Shown here piece after piece: positions 53,123 to 62,541 of a stretch of 64,000 nucleotides of DNA (position 1 is the first letter of the stretch; each line of letters starts with the position of its first letter). The position numbers and the translations under genes were made by a program. The notes beneath the pieces were generated by a model. The model was not told the origin of the DNA. It worked only from the letters and a program-made list of their open reading frames with translations, and ran no database searches. This DNA comes from an uncultured Phycisphaerales bacterium (GTDB taxonomy: Bacteria; Planctomycetota; Phycisphaerae; Tepidisphaerales; Tepidisphaeraceae), in NCBI GenBank assembly GCA_963758525.1, contig CAVWVQ010000004.1, positions 32,001 to 96,000 on the forward strand. The letters run 5' to 3'.

Positions 53123-54610
53123 TTAGTTCTCCATGCAACGCACGAAAAGATCGTCGACAGCCAGATTCGTCGGATCCACCTCGCCCGTGATTGTCCCCTT
53201 TTTCATGATGACAATGCGATGGCAGACTTCGATCAGCTCTTCCAGCTCGCTGGAGACGAAGACGCTGCTGATGCCCTGCTTTGCCAGGTCCCACATAATG
53301 TCGAACAGGTGCTGTTTTGCCTGCACATCGATCCCCCGCGTCGGCTCATCGAACAGGATTATTTTCGGCTGCGTTTCCAGCCATTTGCCGACGACGATTT
53401 TCTGCTGATTGCCGCCGCTGAGCGACGCGATTGGTTGCTCCATGTCGGAGAGCTTGATCGCCAGCTTCTTCACCATCGCCGCGACAATGTTCCTCTCCCG
53501 GCGGCGGGTGGTAAATCCCGCGGAAGAATGGCGGTCGAGGCTGGCCATGCAGGCATTGGCCCGCGTACTGAGTGTGATCGCCAGCGCCTGTTCCTTGCGA
53601 TGCTCCGGCGTAAATGCCAGGCCCATCTGCCGCATCCGCAGCGGGCTGGGGCTCCGCACGATCCGGCCGGCCACGAGAATTTCGCCGCTGTCGAAACCAT
53701 CCGCGCCAAACATCGCCCGCAGCAATTCCGTGCGCCCAGAACCGAGCATCCCCGCGATTCCCAATATCTCGCCGCGATAGACCGTCAGGTCCACGTCATG
53801 GAATTTGCCGGCACGGGTGAGCTTGCGCACCTGCAGCGTCGGCTCCGATCGTGGCTGCACGTCCATCGGACGCCGCTTGTGCTCGATTTCGCCGAACATC
53901 ATTTGAACGATCGACTTGTTGGTGCACCGGCTCATCGGTTCGCTGCCGATCAGCTTCCCGTCGCGCAGCACCGTCACCGTGTCGGCGATGCGCGACAGTT
54001 CCTGCAGGCGATGGGTGATGTGAATGATCACCACTCCCTTGGCCGCGAGCTGGCGAATCAAGGCAAACAGGCTCTCGGTTTCGTGGTGGGCCAGCGCACT
54101 GGTCGGCTCATCGAGCATCAGCACCGCGGGATTGAGGCTCATCGCCTTGGCGATCTCGATCACCTGCTGCTGCGCGATGCCCAGTTGCGACACTTTCTGC
54201 CGGACATCCAGATGCACCTTCATCTCCCCCAGCACTTGTTCCGCCCGCTGGCTGGTCGCCTTCCAGTCGATCCCCAGACCGCCGGCCTTGCGCGGCAAAC
54301 GTCCCAGAAGAATATTTTCGGCGATGCTCAGCTCGGGGATCAGGCTCATTTCCTGATGCACCGTGGCGATGCCGCAGCGATAGGCGTCCTGCGCGCTGCG
54401 GAGCCTCAGCTCTTTTCCGTTGAGCAGAATCTGTCCGCGGGTGGGTTCCAGGGCGCCGCAGAGAATTTTCACCAGCGTGCTCTTCCCCGCGCCATTCTTA
54501 CCGAGCAGGGCATGGACCTTGCCGCCCTCAAAATCCACCGACACGTCGTCGAGGGCGAGGGTCGCTGGGAATTCTTTACGGATCGCAATCGTCTGGAGCC
54601 GGCTGCTCAT
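53123..54610 (-). CDS. sugar ABC transporter ATP-binding protein (RbsA-like)
   Basis: GKNGAGKSTL, LMLDEPTS, LSGGNQQKI, FDEPTRGIDV; two fused ABC domains. Confidence 0.95.
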   Translation of the reverse strand: MSSRLQTIAIRKEFPATLALDDVSVDFEGGKVHALLGKNGAGKSTLVKILCGALEPTRGQILLNGKELRLRSAQDAYRCGIATVHQEMSLIPELSIAENILLGRLPRKAGGLGIDWKATSQRAEQVLGEMKVHLDVRQKVSQLGIAQQQVIEIAKAMSLNPAVLMLDEPTSALAHHETESLFALIRQLAAKGVVIIHITHRLQELSRIADTVTVLRDGKLIGSEPMSRCTNKSIVQMMFGEIEHKRRPMDVQPRSEPTLQVRKLTRAGKFHDVDLTVYRGEILGIAGMLGSGRTELLRAMFGADGFDSGEILVAGRIVRSPSPLRMRQMGLAFTPEHRKEQALAITLSTRANACMASLDRHSSAGFTTRRRERNIVAAMVKKLAIKLSDMEQPIASLSGGNQQKIVVGKWLETQPKIILFDEPTRGIDVQAKQHLFDIMWDLAKQGISSVFVSSELEELIEVCHRIVIMKKGTITGEVDPTNLAVDDLFVRCMEN

Positions 54611-55668
54611 TGCGACCCCTGGCTGGTCCATTCCTTGAACTGCTGCGAGAACGCGCTGACGCCCGCCGGATCCTCCCGCGAGAGCAAAATCCCTTTGACG
54701 ATCGTGGTTTTCTCAACAGGTTCGCCCTTGACGGCCTTGATCGCCGCGGCCACAGACTGCTCCCCCACCTCTACCGGCCGTTGACTGGTAATCGCTTGCA
54801 GAATGTTGTCGGGCGCCTGCAGCATGTCGAGCAACTGCTGACTGCAATCGGTTCCGAACACGGCGACTTTCCCCGCCTTTCCCGCATTTTTCACTGCGAG
54901 CGCCGCGCCGGTGGTGCCCCCTTCGTTGGCCGCGTAGACGATGTTGATGTCCGGGTTGGCCGTGAGCATATCGCCAACGGTTTTGATCGCCATTTCGGGC
55001 AGCCAGGCGTCCTGTTCAGCCACGATCTGCACGCCCGGCAACTGGGTCACCTGCGACTTAAAGCCATTGGTGCGGGCATTACTCTGCTCGGGAACCTGGC
55101 TCTTGAAGGCGACGATTCCGATCTTCGCCTTGCCCCCCAGATTCTTCTGGATATACGTTACCGCCGCCTTACCCGTCTGCTGCCCCAGATCCTCCGAACT
55201 GCATCCGATATACGCCTGGTAAAAGTCAGCATTGAGCGGCGTATTGTTGACGATGATGGAAATCCCCTTTTCGTGCGCCGTCTTGAGTGCCTGGATCGAT
55301 CCACTCTGGCTCATCGGTGAAATGATGATGGCATTGACGCCGCGAATCGCATAGGTGCTGATCAGCTCCACTTCCTTGTCAGGTTTGTTGTCGCTGTTCC
55401 CTTCGATGTATTGCACGCCGGCCGCGGTGGCCGCATGGCGCATGCCGAACTGCACCAGTCGGAAAAACTGGTCTTCCTGGAAGACGATACCCGCTAATTT
55501 GATCTTCGAGTTATCCGGCGTTGAAGCCTGAGTGGCCGCCCCCGAGCTGGAACTTCCCGCCTGCGTCCCGCCGCTGTCGCTCTTGCTGCACCCGTTGCTC
55601 CCCAGAAAAAACGCCCCCGCGACGATGACGATTACAGACAGTTTCGAAGTCCGCACGCATGCTCCCAT
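54607..55668 (-). CDS. sugar ABC transporter substrate-binding lipoprotein
   Basis: Lipobox-like FFLGSNGC; periplasmic binding protein I motifs (GVNAIIISP, ARTNGF, NIVYAANEGG, VFGTD). Confidence 0.9.
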   Translation of the reverse strand: MGACVRTSKLSVIVIVAGAFFLGSNGCSKSDSGGTQAGSSSSGAATQASTPDNSKIKLAGIVFQEDQFFRLVQFGMRHAATAAGVQYIEGNSDNKPDKEVELISTYAIRGVNAIIISPMSQSGSIQALKTAHEKGISIIVNNTPLNADFYQAYIGCSSEDLGQQTGKAAVTYIQKNLGGKAKIGIVAFKSQVPEQSNARTNGFKSQVTQLPGVQIVAEQDAWLPEMAIKTVGDMLTANPDINIVYAANEGGTTGAALAVKNAGKAGKVAVFGTDCSQQLLDMLQAPDNILQAITSQRPVEVGEQSVAAAIKAVKGEPVEKTTIVKGILLSREDPAGVSAFSQQFKEWTSQGSQ

Positions 55669-55841
55669 GTTGGAAAGGCCGCCCGCCGCCATAATTATAC
55701 TAAACTTCGCGGCAGAATAGTTGAATTGCCCTCAATCAGCCGGCGATGCGCCGGATGAGAAATCTCCGCTTTGCTCAGTCAGGAATTGACGCTTGCCCCC
55801 TTCACGGCCAGGCACTGCGCGCCCCAAGCACAATTTGGGGG

Positions 55842-55905
55842 AGAGTACCACTCTTTCGACCGCCGACAAGGCTGTTTTTGTCACCACGTTATGTGTTTCT
55901 GTCAC
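55842..55905 (-). promoter_or_regulatory. tandem-box promoter
   Basis: Minus strand: GTGACAGAA (55905-55897)-N12-GTGACAAAA (55884-55876)-N6-TTGTCG-N16-TACTCT (55847-55842), with an extended -10 TG. Confidence 0.75.
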
Positions 55906-56009
55906 CCGGACACCGAGCGATGGTTTGTAATGCGCGACATTTCTACGTTCTGAGTTCGATCTGCAAGACGCGGAACACACCGCCGCCCCGCCGCTGCCCC
56001 TTTTTTCTC

Positions 56010-59000
56010 CTACCGCGCCGGCACATGCACGGTCGTCGACGATGAAATGCCGGCGGCGTTCACCGCCGTCACCTGGTAGGAGTAGTCGATGCTGTCGTCG
56101 AGACCCTTTTTGGCCGCATTCTTGTCGGTGACGCCTTGATCGGTGTAGGTGGTTTCAACAAGCGCGGTCAGGAAGTTGGACGGCCACTGGAATGACCTCT
56201 CGGCGCCCGTGGAGCGGTAGATGACGTAGCCGGTCGCGCCGGGAACCGCGGACCAACTGAGCGTGATGGCGTTCCCGTTCCTCGTCTTCTTCCAGTGTCC
56301 CACGAGCTCCGCGGGCGCTCCGCTGGGCTTGGGAGGCAGTGGCTGGGCGCTCACGACCGGAGACGGCCCGCTCGTGCCGGCCGCGCTGGAGGCCCTCACA
56401 AAATAGCTGTACATCCGGCCATCCGACGTCGCGCTGTCGACGTAAGCCGTCTCCGTCGTTGCATCGTCGACGATTGCCCAGCGCAACGGATAGACGCCGC
56501 CGACACCGTCCGCGTGCAGCGCGGCGCGCCAGACGTTGTAGTAGTTTGCCCCCGGCGACGCGTTCCAATGCAATGCGACGTTGTGATGGCCGGAGGCGGT
56601 GACCTTCAAGCCCGTGGGCGCCGGCGGGACGACGGAGGGGAGGCGGGCCGACGGCATCACTCCAGAGCTGGGTGATGAGGGGGCTCTGGCGGATCGGGTT
56701 CACTGACTGCACGGCATAATAGTATTGCGCTCCACTGACAGCACTCGTGTCAATAAATGCGGCCCGGCTCGTGTCGGAGCCACTCGTGGGGCCGATCACC
56801 CCGGTTGCGATCGATGCGAAACCAGCGCCCGGCGCAGTCGAGCGCAGGATGTTGTAGCTGGTTGCTCCGGGAACCGCCGGCCAACGGACCAGGACGCGGC
56901 TGTTGCCGGGATACGCCGTGACGCTGGCGGGCGCGGGAGGGACGTAGCCGGTCAATTCAAGGCGCAGGTAGTCCACCATGAGATAGGCGGTGCCGTTCTT
57001 GGCGTTCATCTGGATGGTGATGGTGTTCTGCCCGGAGTGGAGCATTTTGCCGGGGAGATTGATCCGCTCGTCGGAGAACGGGCCGTGATCGCCGAAATGA
57101 ATGCTGCTGTCGTCGGAATACGGAGGATTGAAGCCGTCGGCATCAATAGTCTGAGGCGCGGCGGTCACTCCGGCCGCTCCACCGAGGTTGACGTCGTTGA
57201 CACCGACGACGACATGGCCCCCATCATCTCCGGCGCATCCAATGTAAATTGAAGCTTCTGATCCGCTGGCGGGCGGCTGCGCAAGATTGAACGTGAGTTT
57301 GCCCGTGGCAGACTGGTAATTCCCGGCTAAGTCAGGCGCGGAGGGCAGGCAGTAATTCCAGTCGGCCTCCCACCGGCTTTTCCCGACGGTGAAATTCAGT
57401 CCGTTCGGGAAATCCAAAGGATATTCCATTTGGCCTCCCCACACCGGGGTGGGAAAGCCGAGCTTGGGCGGCACGCCTGGCGCCCAGAAATCGTCGCCAT
57501 GACGAAACTTGTCGGCCTTTCGATTCGGATAACCCAGCTCAAACACCGTTGCGCCGACGCGTTTGGGGATCCAAGTCACGGTTCCCAAGTCAGTCGTCGC
57601 GCCGGCGGCAACTTTCACCGCAAACGGCGTCGCGGGCAGGTCGAGCTCCAACGGCGGGTTGCCGCCCGTCTGATTTTGGGAGAGGAATGTTCCTGCCGCT
57701 CCCGGTCCGTAGGCCCACAACGAGTAATGATCTCCGGGGAGCACATGGGGGAAGCTGAAGCTGCCGGTCGAGTCTGTCTGCGTCCAGAACTGATAGGGCT
57801 TGAGCCATTTCTGAAAATCGTATGTACCGTTGTTGGTTTGGGGCTGCTGCTCCAGACCCACCCACAGCCCAGCGGCGGAGGCGTTGGGATTGCCGCTGTC
57901 ATTGATGACAAATTTCCCAGCAACCGTGCCGCGCCCTGAAGCGGGAACAAAGCTCGGGTTCTTGAACCAGCTATACGGCCACGCCTGTTTTTCAGCCTCG
58001 GCCTGCGCCAGTGCGTCTTGATACAGCATCGCCGCCGCCCGCTTCGAGTCCGTGATGTTGGTGGGAACGTCATTCAGGTAGATAAACCATGGCCCGCACG
58101 TCTTGGTCCAGATTTCGCCGTCGGCAAAATGCCCGTCCGAGCCCATTCCCAGTTCACCGGTGAGAATCGAGTTGTTCAATTCGCTGTAGGGATAGACCGA
58201 CACGTCCCGCTTCATCGGTCCGCCGTTGCTGAATTCCATGTTGGTCATCATCCAGATGCCGACGTTCAAGCCGCCCTGCCCGACGCTGCTCCATCCCCAG
58301 GCGCGCAGATCGGCGTGATCCTGTCCATAGATAAACTTGTCGGCGTACTGACCTTGCTGTGTGCCGTTGAGGTTGACGGTGATTTCATGCGGCGAGTTGG
58401 GCACTTTCACGCCGGATTTGCTGGGCACCCCAATCAAGAAGTTGCGCATCGCATCGGCGCTCAGCCAGTTGAAGTTTGGCGGAACTCGCGTGACGACGCC
58501 CCACGCGCCCACTTCGAATGCGACATCCTGGCGCCGGTGAGTCATGACGGCGGTGGAATAGTATCCCGGCGATCCGCGCAGCATCGAGAAATGCACTTCC
58601 ATCACGCCGTTGGAGTCGGTCGTGCTGAGCAACATCACGTCGGCGTACTTCCCGCCGTTGCTGGCAGGATCAGTGGCAAGCGAATACTCGTAAACGCCGC
58701 TGCCGAGGCTGAATCCGCCGTAGTAGTATTCTCCTTTGCCCTTGAGCACCTCGCTGGTTTGAAGAGTGCCGCCGTTGCGGTGCGTGTACGTCACCGAATT
58801 GAGCCGGGCAGTCTTCTTCACGATCGCGATGGAAACCAAGCCATTTCCCATCGTCACCGTGCCGTCGCCGTTATCGGTAACAGTCACAGGCGGTCCCGAC
58901 CCCGTTCCGCCGCCGGGAATGTTCGCCAACGCCGCGCAATGATGTGGCGACAGGACGACCGCCAGCGAAACAAAGGACAGAAGATAGCGTGTGCAGCAGC

Positions 59001-59010
59001 TTGGCATCAT
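56010..59010 (-). CDS. PL4-like rhamnogalacturonan lyase with three C-terminal fibronectin type III repeats; frame break near 56680
   Basis: Signal peptide; VTMGNGLVSI, WTKTCGPW, WPYSW, YQFWTQTD, FELGYPNRKADKFRHGD, VDYLRLE; Fn3 repeats (WPAVPGATSYNILRS; WNASPGANYYNV and WSAVPGATGYVIYRS in ORF 56010-56660). Confidence 0.8.
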
Positions 59011-59041
59011 CCACCGGTATACCCGTTCTGAGTTCGTTTGT

Positions 59042-59071
59042 TGGTCTCACCAAATACTTAACTTCTGTCAC
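59042..59071 (-). promoter_or_regulatory. degenerate tandem box upstream of the PL4-Fn3 gene
   Basis: Minus strand GTGACAGAA (59071-59063)-N12-GTGAGACCA (59050-59042); 21-bp period kept, but no clear -35/-10 at the standard distance. Confidence 0.4.
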
Positions 59072-59301
59072 CCGAACATTCCGGGATTCGCATTGTCTCA
59101 TCCCATCTCGGGACTCTCCTGCGCAAACCGGAAGATCTGTTTCTACGTGGGCTCGATCGCTCTGTGCAACCAGGGCATCGCCGACCACTTCGTGAGAAAG
59201 ATGCTAATTTGTCGCTGGCCCGCATCCGGACTTATACTAAAATGTTGTTTGGCATCAAAGCATTGGCAGGCTATGTTGCACGACTGTTAATCTGATTAGC
59301 T

Positions 59302-60138
59302 ATGGCCGGCTCTTCGAGCATTCAAGAACCCGTCGCGCAGCGGATCGGCGGCATCGCAGTCGAGCGCCCGCGAGACGAGGTGCCGCGGGGGCTGCCGGTA
59401 GCGCTGCGCACCGTACAACATTCGATTATTTCCAAAGGACGCTTCGCTCAGACCTGGTCAAAGCGCATGGTTCTGGTGAAGTGGGTCATTTCTGGTGAAG
59501 CGGTGATGGGAGTCGCGGGGCGCAGGTTGACGTTTGGACCGGGCGAGGCAGCGGTCTACCTGCCGAGCATTCCCCACCGGTTCTGGGCGGTGGCCGATGA
59601 GAACGAGATGTGCTGGTTCTCGGTCGATGGACCGCTTGCCGAACAGTTCGCCATCGAGTTGGAATTCCGACCAGGGGTGTATCCACTGGGGCCGGCCCCC
59701 GTCGAGAAGATCCACGACTTGATGGAAAGCCTGAAGGACCACAGCATCCAGGGACGCAGGCAGGCGAGTCTGATGGTGATCGGGATGATGTACCAGGTCG
59801 CCAACGCGATCCGCGCACCGCAGGTTCCTCCCGTTGTCCTCAAAGCGCAGCACAAGATCCAGCAGGGCTTCGGCGATCCGGATCTCTCAACGGGATCGAT
59901 CGCAAGGGATCTGGGGTATCACCGCGGCTCGCTCAGCCGATTGTTTCACAAGCACACGGGGATCACGATCATTGACTTCCTTACCGACGCTCGGCTGCAG
60001 GAAGCCAAAGCATTGCTGGCCCACACGAACGACAAGATCTCGGACATCTCCAAAAAGTGCGGATTCCGGGAGCCGACGTATTTCCATCACTGGTTTCGGA
60101 AGCACACCGGCGTGACGCCCAACGATCTGCGTGAGTAA
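59302..60138 (+). CDS. AraC-family transcriptional regulator
   Basis: Cupin-like N-domain (PGEAAVYLPSIPHRF) plus double HTH: LSTGSIARDLGYHRGSLSRLFHKHTG..ARLQEAKALL..ISDISKKCGFREPTYF..FRKHTGVTP. Confidence 0.95.
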   Translation: MAGSSSIQEPVAQRIGGIAVERPRDEVPRGLPVALRTVQHSIISKGRFAQTWSKRMVLVKWVISGEAVMGVAGRRLTFGPGEAAVYLPSIPHRFWAVADENEMCWFSVDGPLAEQFAIELEFRPGVYPLGPAPVEKIHDLMESLKDHSIQGRRQASLMVIGMMYQVANAIRAPQVPPVVLKAQHKIQQGFGDPDLSTGSIARDLGYHRGSLSRLFHKHTGITIIDFLTDARLQEAKALLAHTNDKISDISKKCGFREPTYFHHWFRKHTGVTPNDLRE

Positions 60139-60210
60139 AGCGGGCGCAAGGTTTGGGGATTCAGGGTCCAGGGTTTAGCTTATTCCGCTAGAGGCATCGG
60201 AACTCTTTTC

Positions 60211-61254
60211 ATGTCGAAGCTAAGACTTGCCACGATCGGCGCATATGGGCATTTCCCCCATGTTCTGGAGGAACTCGATGGCTTGGATGATCTGGATGTA
60301 GTCGCCCTGGCCAAGGCGCTTCCCGACGATGATCTGAATGCGGTGCGAAAGTATCCGATCGCCAGCTTGGCGCCGGCTTACGATGATTATCATTTGATGC
60401 TGCGCGAGCGGCGCCCGGATGTCGTGGTCGTAAGCACCCGGCTGGATCTGATCAACCCCATCGCCATTGATGCCGCTGAGGCGGGTTGTCATCTAATCTG
60501 CGAAAAGCCATTAGCGCTCGCCCACGCGCCGCTGGAAAGACTGTATCGCACGATTGAAAGTCACGGCGTGCAATGCATCGCCATGTTGAGCAATCCGTAT
60601 CACTCCGTCATCCGCGGCGCTCGACAACTGACGGCCGAAGGCCGGTTCGGCAAGATCGCGATCGTCAATGCGCGAAAGAGCTATAAGTGGGGATCGCGGC
60701 CGGACTGGTTCGGCAACCGACAGCAGTATGGAAACACGATCGGCTGGGTGGGCATTCACGCGCTGGACATGATCCAAGCCGCCACCGGCGAGCGTTTCAC
60801 TTCGGTCGCGGCCATGAGCTCCAACATCTCCCACCCGGAGCGGCCCGATTGCCAGGATAACGTCTCGATGATCCTTGGGCTCAGTGGCGGGGGTCATGCC
60901 ACGGTGAGCGTCGATCTGCTTCGACCGGACGCCGCCGCCACGCATGGCGACGACTGGCTGAGAATCGTGGGCTCCAAGGGCACTGCAGAAGCATCTCTTG
61001 ATGGCGGTTGGCTGCACATTACCGACAGTGCCGAGGCGCAATGCCGAGTGACACTGCCGGCGTCGCAGAAATATTATGCTGATTTTTTGAGATCACTCAC
61101 AAACGCGCCCGCAGGACCGTCGGCCGATAGCCGCCGGGCGTTCGAGTTGACCCATCTCTGTCTGACAGCGTGGGATGCTGCCAGCGAAGGCCGTGTCGTA
61201 GAGGTGCTGCCGGGTCCGTGGAGTGTGCCGGTGGTGGGCTCCGCAACTGATTGA
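60211..61254 (+). CDS. Gfo/Idh/MocA-family oxidoreductase
   Basis: IGAYGH, PDVVVVST, AGCHLICEKPLA, VGIHALD. Confidence 0.9.
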   Translation: MSKLRLATIGAYGHFPHVLEELDGLDDLDVVALAKALPDDDLNAVRKYPIASLAPAYDDYHLMLRERRPDVVVVSTRLDLINPIAIDAAEAGCHLICEKPLALAHAPLERLYRTIESHGVQCIAMLSNPYHSVIRGARQLTAEGRFGKIAIVNARKSYKWGSRPDWFGNRQQYGNTIGWVGIHALDMIQAATGERFTSVAAMSSNISHPERPDCQDNVSMILGLSGGGHATVSVDLLRPDAAATHGDDWLRIVGSKGTAEASLDGGWLHITDSAEAQCRVTLPASQKYYADFLRSLTNAPAGPSADSRRAFELTHLCLTAWDAASEGRVVEVLPGPWSVPVVGSATD

Positions 61255-61335
61255 TCGGTCGAATTCGTTGAAGGTCCTGATGCGCCCTTCGCTCTTGTGC
61301 GGATCGCCACAGCTGAATTCCTGGCACCAACCGGG

Positions 61336-62313
61336 TCAATACCAAATCCTGCCGCCGGCGCCAGGAGTCCACGCATCTTTGGCAGAGTTGTTCGTGTCAA
61401 CCGTTAGCGATGTTGGGTTTCCGCCCCATCCTGGGGTGACGCTCGCGGACATGCCGTAGGCGGATGTGCCCGCCGGTGTGGCGGGGATGCTGATGACCCA
61501 CTCCACGTGACCATCCGCAAAAGCCTCGTTAAAGCCCCTGATAAACGCTGTCATCGCGGTAGGGCCAGGCGTGGACCGATGATTGATGTAAAAACTGGCC
61601 GGCGCGTCGAGCGAGCCATACACAATCTGATCCGCAAACAGCGGCTTGAGAGCAGTCCCCCCTTCCCAGTATTTGTGCGGCCATCTGGAAGGATCCCGCA
61701 CCTGCGATTGATAGTTTCTCCCAGTGGGAACCAACGGATAGTATCCGCTGGCGAGATATACGTAACTGGAATGCAGCATTGCATTCGGCTCAGACCCATC
61801 GACCGCATAACCCAGGATGGTGAGCCCGCCCCAAAAGGGAGTCGTGACGATCTGGTTTGACGGACATTGCCAAATGCCATCGGTCACAAAACTGGAAATG
61901 ACCGGGCTGACTGGTGCGCCGTCGGGATGAAAGCACGCGACGTACATGTCCCATCGGAAATACTCCATGTAATCGCGAACGCTACTGGGCGCAACGATCG
62001 CCCGCACCGGCAGCGGGAAGTTCCCCCTGTTTTCCTGGCAATACTCGATCGCCCCGGCAGCGAGCTGCTTCAGATTGCTTTCACACGTGACGATGTGAGA
62101 CGCTTCGCGCGCCTTACCCAATGCGGGCAGCAGCAGCGATATCAACAACGCGATAATCCCGACTACAACAAGCAGTTCACTCAGGGAAAATGCCGCGCGT
62201 TTGCCCCTCGCCACTCCGGGGCGTTCAACGAAAGAGGAAGCGAGTCGTCGGTTCCTGAAGCTTGCCACGGCGGCATTCCCAATCGCTTGCGTTGAGTCAA
62301 CACCCCCTTGCAT
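61336..62313 (-). CDS. prepilin-type N-terminal cleavage/methylation protein (DUF1559-like)
   Basis: [61 protein letters not shown]; start uncertain. Confidence 0.88.
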   Translation of the reverse strand: MQGGVDSTQAIGNAAVASFRNRRLASSFVERPGVARGKRAAFSLSELLVVVGIIALLISLLLPALGKAREASHIVTCESNLKQLAAGAIEYCQENRGNFPLPVRAIVAPSSVRDYMEYFRWDMYVACFHPDGAPVSPVISSFVTDGIWQCPSNQIVTTPFWGGLTILGYAVDGSEPNAMLHSSYVYLASGYYPLVPTGRNYQSQVRDPSRWPHKYWEGGTALKPLFADQIVYGSLDAPASFYINHRSTPGPTAMTAFIRGFNEAFADGHVEWVISIPATPAGTSAYGMSASVTPGWGGNPTSLTVDTNNSAKDAWTPGAGGRIWY

Positions 62314-62541
62314 CCGCAAACGGTGAACCCGTTTATTCACGCGGCGAAACCTTCGTTGTGAATAAAGTAAAGTCGATCCGAAGGCAAGACGTATCGACCC
62401 CTCCTCCACCCCGATTTTCCGGACGACTTGACAACGAAAAGCGCCAATTTCGTCCGCACCCTTTCGCCTCGCAGGCTCTGCCTCGGCATCAATCACCTTC
62501 AGGCGAACGTGTCTGGCAACCAGGCGACCGTCTCTGTCAAC

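Noticed and set aside
2234..54784. Long antisense ORFs (e.g. 2234-3508, 7850-9379, 13855-15030, 21311-22291, 32212-33321, 52631-54784)
   Set aside because: They shadow well-supported genes on the opposite strand, as expected in GC-rich DNA, and show no recognisable motifs.
59192..59240. Autoregulatory tandem box at the AraC promoter (GTGAGAAAG; similar GTGAGAAAT near 7005)
   Set aside because: Single degenerate half-site with spacing to the -35 that does not match the 6-bp rule; too weak to call.
5598..62313. Diversity-generating retroelement or shufflon acting on pilin heads
   Set aside because: No reverse transcriptase or site-specific recombinase in the window, and no near-identical template/variable repeat pair seen between pilin genes.
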